In this document: positions 1 through 13,400 of the stretch, in pieces
How positions within the stretch are numbered: position 1 is the stretch's first letter
Layout: every line of letters starts with the position of its first letter
Source of the DNA: Eledone cirrhosa
Lineage: Eukaryota
Length of the DNA stretch: 64,000 nt
Assembly (NCBI GenBank): GCA_964016885.1
Contig: OZ024742.1
Location: forward strand, 45,384,001 to 45,448,000
Direction: 5' to 3'
Program-made: the position numbers and the translations under genes
Notes under the pieces: model-generated
The model's database searches: none
What the model was told of the DNA's origin: nothing
What the model saw: only the letters and a program-made list of their open reading frames with translations

Positions 1-120
1 CTACAGGATTAAAGAAGTATGTTAAAGACAACTATTACTTTAAAATACAAAATGACCACCATACTTATCCAGGATATTCTTATGTTTTGAGACCATGAAT
101 CTGCACCTAGAAAATTCCTC

Positions 121-314
121 TAACCCTTTAGCATTAAACACTATATTTACTATTGTATTTTCATGGTAAACACTTTATCTCACATAATATCAAAACTGAG
201 ATTTTTATATTAATTTTGAGAACAATACCTTAACATAAAAATGAGCAAACAGTTATGGCCAGTTTGAACAGGTGAGAGAATTCTGGCTTGATATGGCCAG
301 TTTAAATGCTAAAT
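121..314. mobile_element. piggyBac-like MITE
   Basis: Ends (T)AACCCTTTAGCATT...AATGCTAAA; related copies at 50637 and 55388. Confidence 0.6.
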
Positions 315-641
315 TGCACAGATTGAACAATTTATAAATGGAAGACCAGCAGTTACCAAATCCATGCCATCTCTCTCCACACCACAGGTGTTGCCCAAGA
401 GAAAGTCAATGGCTGATACAACTCGGCACCAGCAACATAGCAGGTGAAATCACAACAGGGTTGAAAGAGATAGGGTATCTCAGTGTTCAAACAATTCCAG
501 TTCAATGCTCAGGAATGTTATCTTAATCCTGAAAGGATGAACAACAAAATTCACCTCTGTAGGATTTAAACAGCCCAGAAAACCAGAATAAATACTGTGA
601 GAATCAATTTGATGTAACAACTCCACTAAACTCATACTTAC

Positions 642-699
642 ATTATATTTTCGAGGAGCATCCTTTGAGTCTTTAGGAGAGAAGTAAATGGTTGGAAAA
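642..699 (-). CDS. PDIA3: PDIA3 exon 12 ([19 protein letters not shown])
   Basis: GFPTIYF motif across the junction; AG/GT boundaries. Confidence 0.95.
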
Positions 700-3600
700 C
701 TACAAAAGAAAAAAAATGATGAATGATGAATTAAGAGCAAAACAACTTTCACACATTTCAGATATCAAACTATGAAATCCTGTAGCAAAACTATATCTAT
801 TTGATATCAACACACATGCCTCTAGTCTAACAAGTGTCCCAGGAAAATCACCACCACACCTGAGGCTTATCAATTATTCAGGACATGTTTTGTGAGACCA
901 TGAAGCTGCACCTAGAAAATTCCTCTCTAAAGCACAGACTGAGCAACTTCTGAATGGAAGATCCACAGTTGCCAAATCCATGCCATCTTTCCTTTCCACA
1001 CCACAGGTGTTGTCCAAGGGAAAGTCAATGGCTGATACAGCTTGACTATATACCTATTTTATATAAACTCAAATTCAATTGAAAATTTAGTGTGTAGGAT
1101 TGTTCTTTAAAATCCTGTACTACAGTTTTGTTACTTATCCCAGCTAATTATTTGCTAATAAACTCGAGTTCATTGTAAACTGCTACATGCACGAGAGAAA
1201 TTCACTAGAGAGAGTTAACTACAGGGGCATTAAGTTGATGAATCATGAATGTTACTGAAAGTTGTAGCACAACTAGACAGAATCAAGCTAGATGCAGTTC
1301 AGTTTTATGCCAGGTAGGTGTACTGCAGATGCCCTCTTCCTTGTGAAACAACTTCAGGAGAAATACTTAGCTGAGAGTAAGCCTCAGTATCTGGCATTTG
1401 AAAAAAGCCTTTGATGGAATTCCCTGCTCTATAATTTGGTGGTCACTAAAGAAGGTAGACGTAGACAAATGGATTGTGAAGGCTGTGCAAACCATATATA
1501 GAGGTGCAGCCAGCAAAGTGAGAGTTAGTAATGAGTTCAGTGATGAATTTGAAATGCAGGTGACTGTGCTCAATTTATTTCTGTTTATCATTGATCTCCA
1601 GGCCATTACTAGGGAGTTTAAGACTAGCACTCCATGGGAACTCCTATATGCTGATGATATAGTCATAGCTGAATGTGAGGCAAAATTCTACACAAATTTA
1701 CTTTTAAAGTAAATTTAGCTCAATTGCCAGGGAGGCTTCCTAGAAGTTATGTAATGTCAGCATGCATGATGATATCAGTGAGCTGAGAGAAAAACTTGGC
1801 ATAAGAGGAACAGGATGTAGTGTGCAAGACTATTGGTATGGACATGTGGTGTGTATGCAAGATGACAGTTGCTTTAGTTGTTTCACAAGACCAGTCAAAA
1901 TTCACAATTTTGAGAATTTAATAGATTTAGTTGAAAGATAAAACAATATTTTAGTTTAGAAATAAGTAACAAAATGTTTAAGCAAAACTGAAAAGTAAAA
2001 ATAAGACAAATGTTGCAGACTTACCCAGAAACTTCATATGGTTTGGGAACATCATTAGCAGTAGCATCCATTTTAGCAATGGTTATGTCAGATTCTTCTT
2101 TCAACTAGATAATTCAGAAAATATAAACGTAAAATAAATGAAAGAGCAGTGTGGATTGATCTATCATCATTTTAAGTTTGCATGGGCTGGATAGAGTAAT
2201 AGTTTTTTTATATTTTTTTTATATAGTTTCTACAGATGAAGGCTTTTTCTAATGCCAACCACAATAGAGTACCGAGATGAGAATATACTTTCATATACAC
2301 CTCTATTATGAATCACTCAATGTTAGTGCTATTGCTTATTAATCCTAACCAGTCATGTCCGCACTATGAGCACCTCCAGTTGATATTTCATATGTAGAAC
2401 CAGTATAAGTTTTAGCCAGTTCTCATCTAAGTACCAAATAAGTAAATATCACCAATGATGGATAAAAATTCAGGAACAGTCTTCTAGCATACTCACCAAT
2501 TACTGAGCTATATGTAGCATGATCACAACTAAAAATAATCATAGCAAGGCTCTTGTATGTTTATTATATATGAACATTTGCTTTTGTATACATATATAAA
2601 CACACCTTTACAGCTATCAAATTCACAGGGTACCATTCAGTGGAGTTAAAATAGCAACATTTTTGCAAATTTCTTAAGCACAATCATGCCTATACCAACT
2701 ATTCCAGTTTCATTTTAAATTGAAGCCATGACAAGATGGTAGTTAATTATGACATGTCCACAGTGTCGACTGAGGACAAGACAAGATGGTGGCTAATTAT
2801 GACATGTCCAGTGTCGACTGAGGACAAGATAAGATGGTGGCTAATTATGACATGTCCTACACTAGTGTCAACTGATGCCAAGACAAGATGGTGGCTAATT
2901 ATGACATGTCCACACTAGTTTCAACTGAAGCCATGACAAGATGGTAGTTTAATTATGACATGTTCATACTAGTGTCAACTGAAGCCAAGAGAAGATGGTG
3001 GCTAATTATGACATGTCCACATTAGTGTCAACTGAGGCTAAGACAACTATACTGCTGACTTAGATTGTTGGCAGTACAAACGGCTAATTCAAAGATGTCC
3101 ACATTGGTGTAAAGTATACAAGTTTCAGAGCTACAGCAAATAATCAAGAAAATAAGCTAAAATAAACAGTTTCAGTTCTTATAAAATTTACGATGTAATT
3201 AGAAAGGAAAGAGTGTTAAAAATCATTTACTTACTAGTTCTGCCAATTCTGTATATTTAGGTTCAAGTGATTTGCAATGACCACACCACGGGGCATAAAA
3301 TTCAATAAGTACATCTTTCTCTTTGTCATTAACAATTTCATCAAAATTTTTAGCGACAACAACCTGTGAAAATAAAATAAGCCAACCACGGTGACACTTT
3401 CTTTCAATTAAAGATCTTAAATAGCAAATTAAAAGAAAAAACCTAAAAGTTAACCATTTCTATTTAATGGTTTCTGATCTAAGCACAAGGCCAACTATTT
3501 TTGAGGAGGGGCAAGTCAAATCAATCCCAGTGTATTACTGGTATTTTATTTTATCAACCCTGTAAGCTTTCCTCAGTGGGATTTGAACTGCAACTAAATG

Positions 3601-4363
3601 CCACAAAGCGTGCTTGTCCAACACTACAGATATGGCCAATCCACCACCTTAAACATTTTTATAAAAACCAATCTTATATAATAAAAAATCATTCACTTAC
3701 TATTCCTTTAGAAAATTGTATGAGGTGCTATGTGACTATCACCAAGGTTGGAACCCCAGTCAATTGCAAGATTAATCCTCTAGGTGCTGCTGCTGATACT
3801 CATTTGTTCAGCTGAGTTAACTAAAGTAGCATGGAATGAAGTATCTTGCTCAAGGACAACACACAACCCAACCTAAGACAAACCCCACAATTTTACAATC
3901 AGGAGACCAACAATTTAATCAAGGTTACAGAAGGTTACATTGGATATGATTAAACATTTAGTGAATAGAATTATACAAAATCATAATCTAATGTAAAAAA
4001 AAAAAAAATTAATTTTATAAAATATAGATTATTGCATGTATTTCTAATTGGATATTTCTAAAGTTGAAATACCATACCAAGTAAAATATCTGAGAAATAA
4101 TTATTTCATGAAAAGCAATTATTATTATGGAGTAAGTGGATTGATAGAATTACAATGTTGGTTGAAACACCTAATAGTAATAGTGTTCTGAGTTCAAATC
4201 TTGCTGCTGTGTAGTTATCACTTGGCTCTTGGACAATTCAAACCAGGCCTCTAGTTTAGGGACAACTTTCTCATTCCTACCATTAATAATGAGGGCCTTC
4301 CTTTACTGACTAGACAAAATTAATGGGATAATTTATTTATGGAATATAACATGTAAATACAGT

Positions 4364-4402
<39 letters not shown>

Positions 4403-7400
4403 AGATTGAGAAAGAATGGAATGTAAAATAGAATTTTACCTTAACTGGTGCTGTATTATCAGACGGTACATTCTCAGACTTTAAATATGGTTGTAGTTTA
4501 TCATCAAGGAAATCATTTACAAACTTTTCTAAATTATCCATACTGAAAGTATAAAATTGACAAAAAATGTTTGATGTTAAGTCTGTATGCATCAAGATGG
4601 TGGTACAATGTTGTATAGGAGGTAATACTAATGTTTAATTAGGGTTGACCAAGGGTTAAACAACAGTGTTCCTATTGTTACATAAACCTTTGATCCAGTT
4701 CCATGTGGATTCCATTCAAAAAAGTGTCTTAAAAAAATTTACTAAAAAACAATTATATAAATATATTCTCCATCTAAAAACTTTTCTTTCATTTAATGTC
4801 TAATTAAATTGAGAGTGGTGGAGATTGTCCATATAATGTAAGTGCGGATTCTGCACTTGTTTGAAACCCTAAACGCTCCATACCAAAATAAATTTGGAAG
4901 TCACTGGTCTAGATTATTCACTTTGAAAATGATTTGAAACATTGTTAGAAGTATGATGACAGGCGGAAATTGAGAGAGATTAGACATGAAGACCTAAGAA
5001 AATTTCAAAATGTTAATCAATGGAATCATTTATTTTAATAAATACTTGCATGTCAAAAGCATCTGTAAAATTTGTTTCACGAACATACCAACATATAGTA
5101 AAATAATGTGTTCGTGTGATCTAGAATGTTACGGTTGAAATATCTGTTTAGCACCCCAACACACACTCCAGTCAATGAAACCCATGATGAAGACATTTCG
5201 GCTATAATCATCATCCTTTTTCAATAAAAGTGTCTATAACTAATGTTTATACCTACATTACTTAATGTGTCCATATTTTCTTCGAGGACAGAGCACCGAC
5301 TTCAAATTAGTTTTAGTATGAGTAGAAAAGTATGTTGAAAGGGTTACATGTTCTACAAGTATCCCTTATAGCAACAGAAGGTTAGTGTATATAGTTTGGT
5401 GTGGAATGTGACAACAGTTGAGGTCATGTAGCAGTAAAATTAGGAGAGAGAGAGTTTGGTATGTAAAGTCAATTCATTAGAGTTATTGACAAAATTTGAA
5501 ACTGAAAGTTGCATGAACATATATACTAAAGGTATATATTGTTGCATGAACATATATACTAAAGAGATGTAGAAAAAGTTCTAGAAATGGAAGATTTCTT
5601 TAAGTAATGTATTGTCGAAAAAATATTGTTAAAGTTTGAAAAGAATTATTTAAATGACAATGCTTGAATTTATAAATTATTTCATACAGATTTTAGCTCT
5701 TTACCTGAATTCATCTTTCATAATAAATTTCCTGTCTTTAGAATCTCTAGCAGTAATAATGGGTTTACCAGATGAGGAGTCACTTTCTCCAAATTCATTA
5801 AGTTCATAGCTGAATGTATCTCGGTCACTAATGGCAAAATTTACATCTCTTCCTTCACCTTGTAACTTCTTGGCTATTTTCATAATCCTATAAATTAAAA
5901 GAAAACCAGAAATATTTATAGTTGAAAGCAAATACAGAATTTAGTAGTCAAATGTTTGATTAATTTAAAGAAGTCTGGAGGTAATCTGCACTATTTCATA
6001 GTTCCACATCCGAACACTAATTTCGGTATCGAACAAAGTTGAAATAGTGAACACGTTTAATGCTCCCTGCATAAAATATACTAATTAGAAATAATAATCA
6101 ATGTTTAATACTTTCAATTATTTTGCCAAGTATGGGTGACAACTCATGACATGGTTTTGATCTTATTCTGATCTCATCAAAGAAGCATAGCCTTCACTAC
6201 ACTTGTAGTGATGAGAGAATCATTAAGTAAATGTAAATACTATCTACATAGATTCGACAAGATTAAATAGAATTGATAAACTACAGCATTGCGTACAATT
6301 GATAACTATTGTATATGATTGAGTACAATTGATAAACAGTATAGCATTAAATAGAACAGATAAACATTACTATATACCATTAAATAGAACTGATAAACAT
6401 TACTATAAAGCATTAAATAAAATTGATAAACACTGTATAGGGTTGAATATAACTGAAAAATTACTGCTAAAAAATATTTTACCATAAAAGTCCATTACTT
6501 CATAAATATTTCAAATGGTGATTAACTTTTCTAAATTCATGCCATCGACATGACTTTCAGATAGTCTAAGTGAGATAGCTAAAAAGTACAAAAACAACTA
6601 GCCATATTTTATAATTTAGGAATTTACCATGAATGTTACTATGATAAAGAGACAAAAAAAGAAAAGAAACAAAGGTTTACCTGTTCCTCCAATAGTTAGT
6701 ACCTTTAGGATTTTTTGCATAGTCAACCTCATAAAATGCAACAACCAGTGGCTTTTTAAAATCATTGGCATTTTCTTGGACTCTATGGCCACATAAACCA
6801 ATGCTGAAATAAGAAAAGAAAATTAATTAAAATGTATGGCATTAGACAGTTATTGATTTAACTTAGTGATTGGAAGTGGGGGTTGATTATAGCATTTAGT
6901 TATGGCTTTTTACATTTTGAGTTCAAATCCCACTGAGGTGAATTTTGCCTTTCATCTTCCTGGAGTCAATAAAATCGATTTTCCACGTCACACAAATTGC
7001 TGGCCTTGGACTTAAATTAGACAATTCTATGCTTTTTAATTCTCCATCTTATTCCATATCCCCCACCTACCCATTTATTACCTATTATCTACAACTTGTA
7101 TTGGTGTTCACCCAGGATGGGTTGAGCTGATTCCAACCAGGGTATCATGAGTATTGTGAACAGAGGCCACACACATGGCAGTCATAGATGTCTGATGCAG
7201 ATATTGTCAGACTTGTGCTTTTAATGACAGCTAAAGAACCCCAAGAGCCATGTGACAGTGTTAAACCAGACCAACAAATTAAATCTACTACCCAAACAGG
7301 CCACAACATAATTTGAACCCAGAATGCAAAGAGCTGGATGGTACCTTCTCTGATGCTCATCAATTCTGCCAATCTACTACCCTAGACTGGTACTCTATTT

Positions 7401-10400
7401 TGTCAACTATTCAACGGCCTTTCTATCTACTAGGTGTGCGACACAGCAGTCTTCTATCTACTAGGTGTGCGACACAGCAGTCTTCTATCTACTAGGTGTG
7501 CGACACAGCAGTCTTCTATCTACTAGGTGTGCGACACAGCAGTCTTCTATCTACTAGGTGTGCGACACAGCAGTCTTCTATCTACTAGGTGTGCGACACA
7601 GCAGTCTTCTATCTACTAGGTGTGCGACACAGCAGTCTTCTATCTACTAGGTGTGCGACACAGCAGTCTTCTATCTACTAGGTGTGCGACACAGCAGTCT
7701 TCTATCAACTAGGTGTGTGGCAAGTCTTCCTCTCAGCTCAATATGTAAGCCTTCCTATCTGTTCAATATGTAACACAACAGCCTTCCTATCTGCTACATG
7801 TGTGACAACAGCGTTCCTACCTGCTACATGTGACAACAGCGTTCCTACCTGCTACATGTGTGACAACAATATCTGTGAGATATGTGATACAACAGTCTTC
7901 CTATGCGAGTCTCAGTGTCAACAACTAATCAGAGATAATATAGACTGCATGTGAACATTAACATTTCTTTAGACAACCATGAGGACATCAATTTTAGTAG
8001 TGATAAAAAATAATTTATAGCCATTAAACTTACTCTATGACCCAATTTCTGTTCTGCCATCTCGAAATTGACAGTTTTAAGAGTCTAAAAATGTACAACT
8101 TACACATTTGGAAAAGATAATATACAAATATTATAAGACATTCACACATACCTGGATTCTTTTACCCAATCTTTAAGTTCATGGAATGTATTTTCACCTG
8201 TATATTCAATTTTGTTTTCTTCAAATTTGCTATGTAGCCTCTTTGGTTGGAACATGACAACAGTACTAGAAGAGAAAATAGAGTATAAATATGAACCCCA
8301 AGTGTGGTTGGGTAAAGAGGAGAGGATGTGATTTTCACATACTAAGGTGTACGATTATAGTGTGTCAGAGTTTAGGCAGGGTGATCCTGGTTAGGAAATA
8401 CGAGTGTTAGGGTTTTAGAGATGGGGTGTGTACAGTAACGGTGAGAATAACTAAGAGGCAATAGTGGAAGGAAAGGGACATGGACAAAAAATAAATAATG
8501 AAATATTGTGTACAATGCTCAGGTGCACTACAACTCATCAAAAAGTGTATGTATAGTACATAGGGTAATGTACAAACGTCAGGAAAATGAACAGTGCACA
8601 AGTCATGATATACACACGTGTGCATGTGTATGGAAGGGGTACATCAGGTGTAGTTTTGGCATATTTCGGGAAGCATGAGGGTTTTAAAGGATGCAGTGTC
8701 TCGGCAGCTAACAACTGACGCAGGCAGTTTGTTCCATGCTTCAGCAACTCTGAGCATGAAAAAATGTTTACGAAAGTCATGGGAGCTGTGCTGTTTTCTG
8801 TGTTAGACATGGAGATCAAAAAGGTGCTCAGGGTTGTTGTTGGCGAGATGGTTAATAACTTTGTGGGTGTTTACCAAGTCCATTGCCAGACGTCGGAGCT
8901 TCAATGAATCCATGCCCAGGGAAGCAAGACGTTCAGAGTATGGTAGGTGTCTGATGGAGCGTATGCGCTTGGTTGCACGTCTCTGAACAGTTTCCAGGAG
9001 CTGAATGTTCTGTTCCAGACTGATGATGCAAATTCCAAGTGTGGTCATACCATAGCTGTAAACAGCTTTAAATAGATGGCTGGAGAGTGGCTAACAAAGG
9101 TCTTGCTGAATGATGCCAAGACACCCTCGGCCTTCTTGACAATCTTAGAGACATGCTTTGTCCAACGCAAATCACTGCTGAAAGTAATGCCCAGGTCACG
9201 TTCACAAGAGGACTTCTTGATATCAGTGTTGTGGAGGGAGTATGTGGACGCTGGATTTTTCCTCCCCAAATGCATGGTGGTACACTTGTCCACAGCTAGC
9301 TTCAGTTGCCAGTCTGTGATCCATTGCTGAATTGTGTCCAGGTCTGATTGTAGGAAAGAGTTGTAGATTTCAGGATCAGTCCTTTTGATTTCAAGGTACA
9401 GCTTGATGTCATCTGCATATTTCAGTACCGTGGCATTCTTTAAGTTGGCATCTATGTCATTAATATATGCCACAAAAAAAAGGGGACCAAGAACAGATCC
9501 CTGTGGTACACCAGATGACATCTCATATGGTGAAGAATGCTGTGCTAGAACCGTGACTACCTCTTTTCAGCTGCGAATGATGGACTTCAACCAGTTAAAA
9601 AGATCATCCCTCACACCCATTGCAAGTCTTTTGTGTGGCACAGAATTAAAAGCCTTAGCAAAGTCAAGGTAAACAACATCCACCCATGAACCGCTGTCAG
9701 TGATCCAGGTAATGTCTTCAAGGAACTCGATAAGCTAATCACAGCAGCTGGAGTTAGGGATAAATCCAAACTGCGAGGGCTGGATGAGGCTGTGAGAGCT
9801 CCAGAAGTTCCAAAGTGTTTCTCTGACACAGGATTCCATCAGTTTGGCAATACAGCTAGTAAGACTGACTGGACAATAGTTGACAGGTGACATGCGGTTG
9901 CCCTTTTTGAACAGGGGAATGACACTGGCAGTTTTCCACTGCTCCGGAGTAGCACCATTGTTGAGACAGTATTGAAAGAAAGAAAGAAAGCTGGTGCAAA
10001 AGGAAGTACCCGCCACGTTTGAGAAGCAGGTATGTAACACCATCAAGACCAGGGGAGGCATAGTTGCGCTTATTCTTAAAGTGACGTCGCAACATTGCAG
10101 GTGTAAATTCCATAGTTGTTATGGAATTTGATGTTAGAGATGGTGGAGATGGTACATTCTGGTTTTCAACAGTAAAAATACTTGCATAGCACTCAGCAAC
10201 GAGTTCTGCACATTCTTTGGGATCGTCAGTGATCTGGCTTGCGTGGTGATTGCAAAGAGGACCAACTGGAGAGTGAGGTCTCTGCTTTGAATGAACATAT
10301 TTCCAGAACACCTTACTGTCAAGATTGGTTGCTATGCACTGTTCAAATTCAAGCACTGCCTTCTTTGTCACTTGCTTGATATGGTTGGAAGATTTATTCC

Positions 10401-13400
10401 ACTTTTTTCTGTTGGCATCTGATTTATGCAGTTTATATTCCTGTTCAGCGTTCCGACGTTCTTTCCTGGCAAGTTGGACCGCTGAAATTTCCCAAATTGC
10501 ACTTTTGGGGTGGTTTTTTTTCTGCTTACATGGCACCGATGCGGCACACGCTATCCATATTGAGTCCAGGATGCTTTGGAGTATAGTGTTCACATCTCCA
10601 GAGTTATACAACTCATGCCAGTTTGGGTGCTGTAGCTCAGTGCAGTACAAGTTCCAATCTGCTTTCTTCCAATCAAAGATTGATGGTTGTTCTGGTTTTT
10701 GTTGCTGCCCGCAAGAGCCAGATTTGCAATGAACATGGCATGATCAGAGTCGCCTAGAGGTTCCTCAGTAGTACAACTGATAACCACTTCAGGAGTAGTG
10801 GTGAAGATCAGGTCCAAAGTGTTGTCACCTCTTGTTGGAGAGGTGACTACTTGTGACCAGTTTAAGTCCAGCACTAGCTCAAGGAAATCGTTTGCACTTT
10901 GTGACCAACGAAAGGTTTCCCAATCGATCTCAGGATGATTGAAGTCACCTGCAATAAACACATAAGTGGCTGTTTTCCTGGCAGCAGCAGCTGAGGATAT
11001 CGCAAAGCTGTGTGTCCTGATGTTAGTTTGGGGGGGCGATAAACAGCACCAAGCAGAAGTGTTGACATGGTCATACGTATGTCACAAAAAAAAAAAACTT
11101 GTGATTCATTCAAATCAACGCAAGGAATTACCGAAAAGTTTGAATGAACGTAGACTATCACACCACCACCACAGCGATTAATGCGGTCCTTGCAGAAAAG
11201 GTTGTACCCAGTAATGCTGAAAACCCCATCACAGAGTAAGGAATGTGCCCCATGTTTCCGTGACTGATGAAGTCAGGGTCGATGCTTCTGACGTAGGAGT
11301 TAAACAGATGTATCTTGTTGCATAAACTGCGAGCATTTAAGGACAACAATTTGTACCCTGCTTGCAGTTTATGATGGTGTGTAGAGGGTGGCAGGTTGTT
11401 CTGGTTTAGTTTCCCAGAGTTGTTGCAGTTTTTTCATTGCCAGTTATTGTGGGTAGAGCACACTCAGACCAGCTGATATCTCTCTTCCACGTTTCACCAG
11501 CCTTAAAACTCCAGATCTGCCCATCATCACGCAGACTAAAACTTTCATGTTGTGCTGAGTTCTGATTCAAGGAAGCTGCAGCACGTAGCTTTGGACGTAC
11601 ATGGGGTGGTAGGCCTGGGCGTGTTCGGAAAGTAATCGATTTTCACGCCCAGCTTTAACAGAGGGCAGAGGATATGAAATTGCCTCAGCGGGGTCTGAAA
11701 AAGCCTGATGAGTATGGGTTTTGGACCAGGTCGACCAAGGCGGAGAGCACCCTTTGGGGGAACACAGCTGAGGTCTTTGGCTGAGCTGGCAGCAAATGCC
11801 TGAAAATTAGCCTTGTCCTCTGGTACCCCATTGGCAATTACTTCATGGGTAGCAGATTCCGCAGTCTTCTCAGTGTGCCCAGATACGGCAAGAGGTACAG
11901 GGAGATTCTTTAGCAAGACATTCCAATAAGACCCCTCATTGTGGGGTCCTACCAGAATGTTTGCTTTTATTCCCGTTACTTCCCTTCTTAAAGCAGAAAT
12001 CATTAGTTGCAATTCTGCAAAATCTGTACTGGTCGGTTGCTGTTGATGATGTTCCTCCAAGGGAATGGTAGGGGAAGACAGTCGTCCGTGTCGAGATGTA
12101 CTGGGAGCGGAAGACATAGGTTGTTGTTTCTGATGTTCTCCCACAGGAATAGCAGCAGAAGCCAGTGTCATAGGTTTTTGCCGTTGTTCAGTAACAATGG
12201 TAGAGGAAGATAGTCATCGTTTTTTTTTTTTTTCAACATTGGTGGAGGCAGGCACTGAAAGGGCCAGGATTTTAGCTGGACCATCTCCCAGATTCCATCC
12301 ATCATAGTATTATGATGTCTCTTTTTTTGGCCTGGGATCTTCCGGAAGCCTGTGGCGCATTGAAGGCACAGACAGATGCAACAAGTTCCACATTCGACCC
12401 AGTGATTACGGAACGAGTTTTCGGGTTCCGTACAGATATGGCAGGTGTGATTTTCTGGGCAACGTTCTATTTTGGAACATCGACCAGTTTTGTCGCATAC
12501 TTCATCCATGGATATCACCATGGCAATTTTGTTATTTCTACCCATCCGTAGAAAAACACAATGTAAACAATATAGGTTTAGCGCACTTGATTACGATAGA
12601 AATAAAATGTTTTTTGTTTTGTTTTTTTGTATTTTGTTTCCGTTTTCCCAATTGTGTGTGTGTGTGTGTACAAAAAAGTCTGCACATGTAAACAAATAAA
12701 TATGCTGCGTAAGTTAAGATAAATGTTTGTTTAGGTTTTGTTTTTGTATTTCTGTTTCTGTTTTCCTATGTATTATGTGTGTGTGTGTGTGTGCAACAAG
12801 ATCTGCACACGAATATATAATTATATATATAATTCACGTGATGCGCATGAAGGACGATAACGATAGCTGTATAACAAAGTGCAGGGCAATAAAGATAGAC
12901 GGTAGCCACGGAATAGGCAGACCCAGAAAAACCTGGGACGAGCTGATAAATTCCGACCTCACACACTTACACCTCACCAAGACAATGTCACTGGACCGAG
13001 ACCTTTGGCGGTACTCAGTAATAGAGAAGACCCGCCTTACCTAAATACAAAGTAAAACCTACTACAGTCAGTAGGCATCTCTAACAAAATACACCCCCGT
13101 CCCACCACCCCCACCCCATCCACACCGCCCCTTTCAATGTAAAGTTATGTTGGTGCCACAACATCCAGGCCGAAACAAATGAGCGTGTAGGTGTCACGTC
13201 AAAAAACACAGTCCACGCTGTAATGTGGCCGTGTAGGCAACACGGTAAAAACCTGCCAGCCCCACACTGTAAATGTGGTTGGTGTTAGGAAGGGCATCCA
13301 GCTGTAGAAAACCCGCCAGATAGTCCTATGCGAGCAAGATAACCACTCTTGCCTCAAGTGGGAAAACCCCCGTCCAAACCCATGCAAGCGTGGAACACTG

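Noticed and set aside
7420-7720. CRISPR-like 31-bp repeats
   Set aside because: Head-to-tail repeats without spacers.
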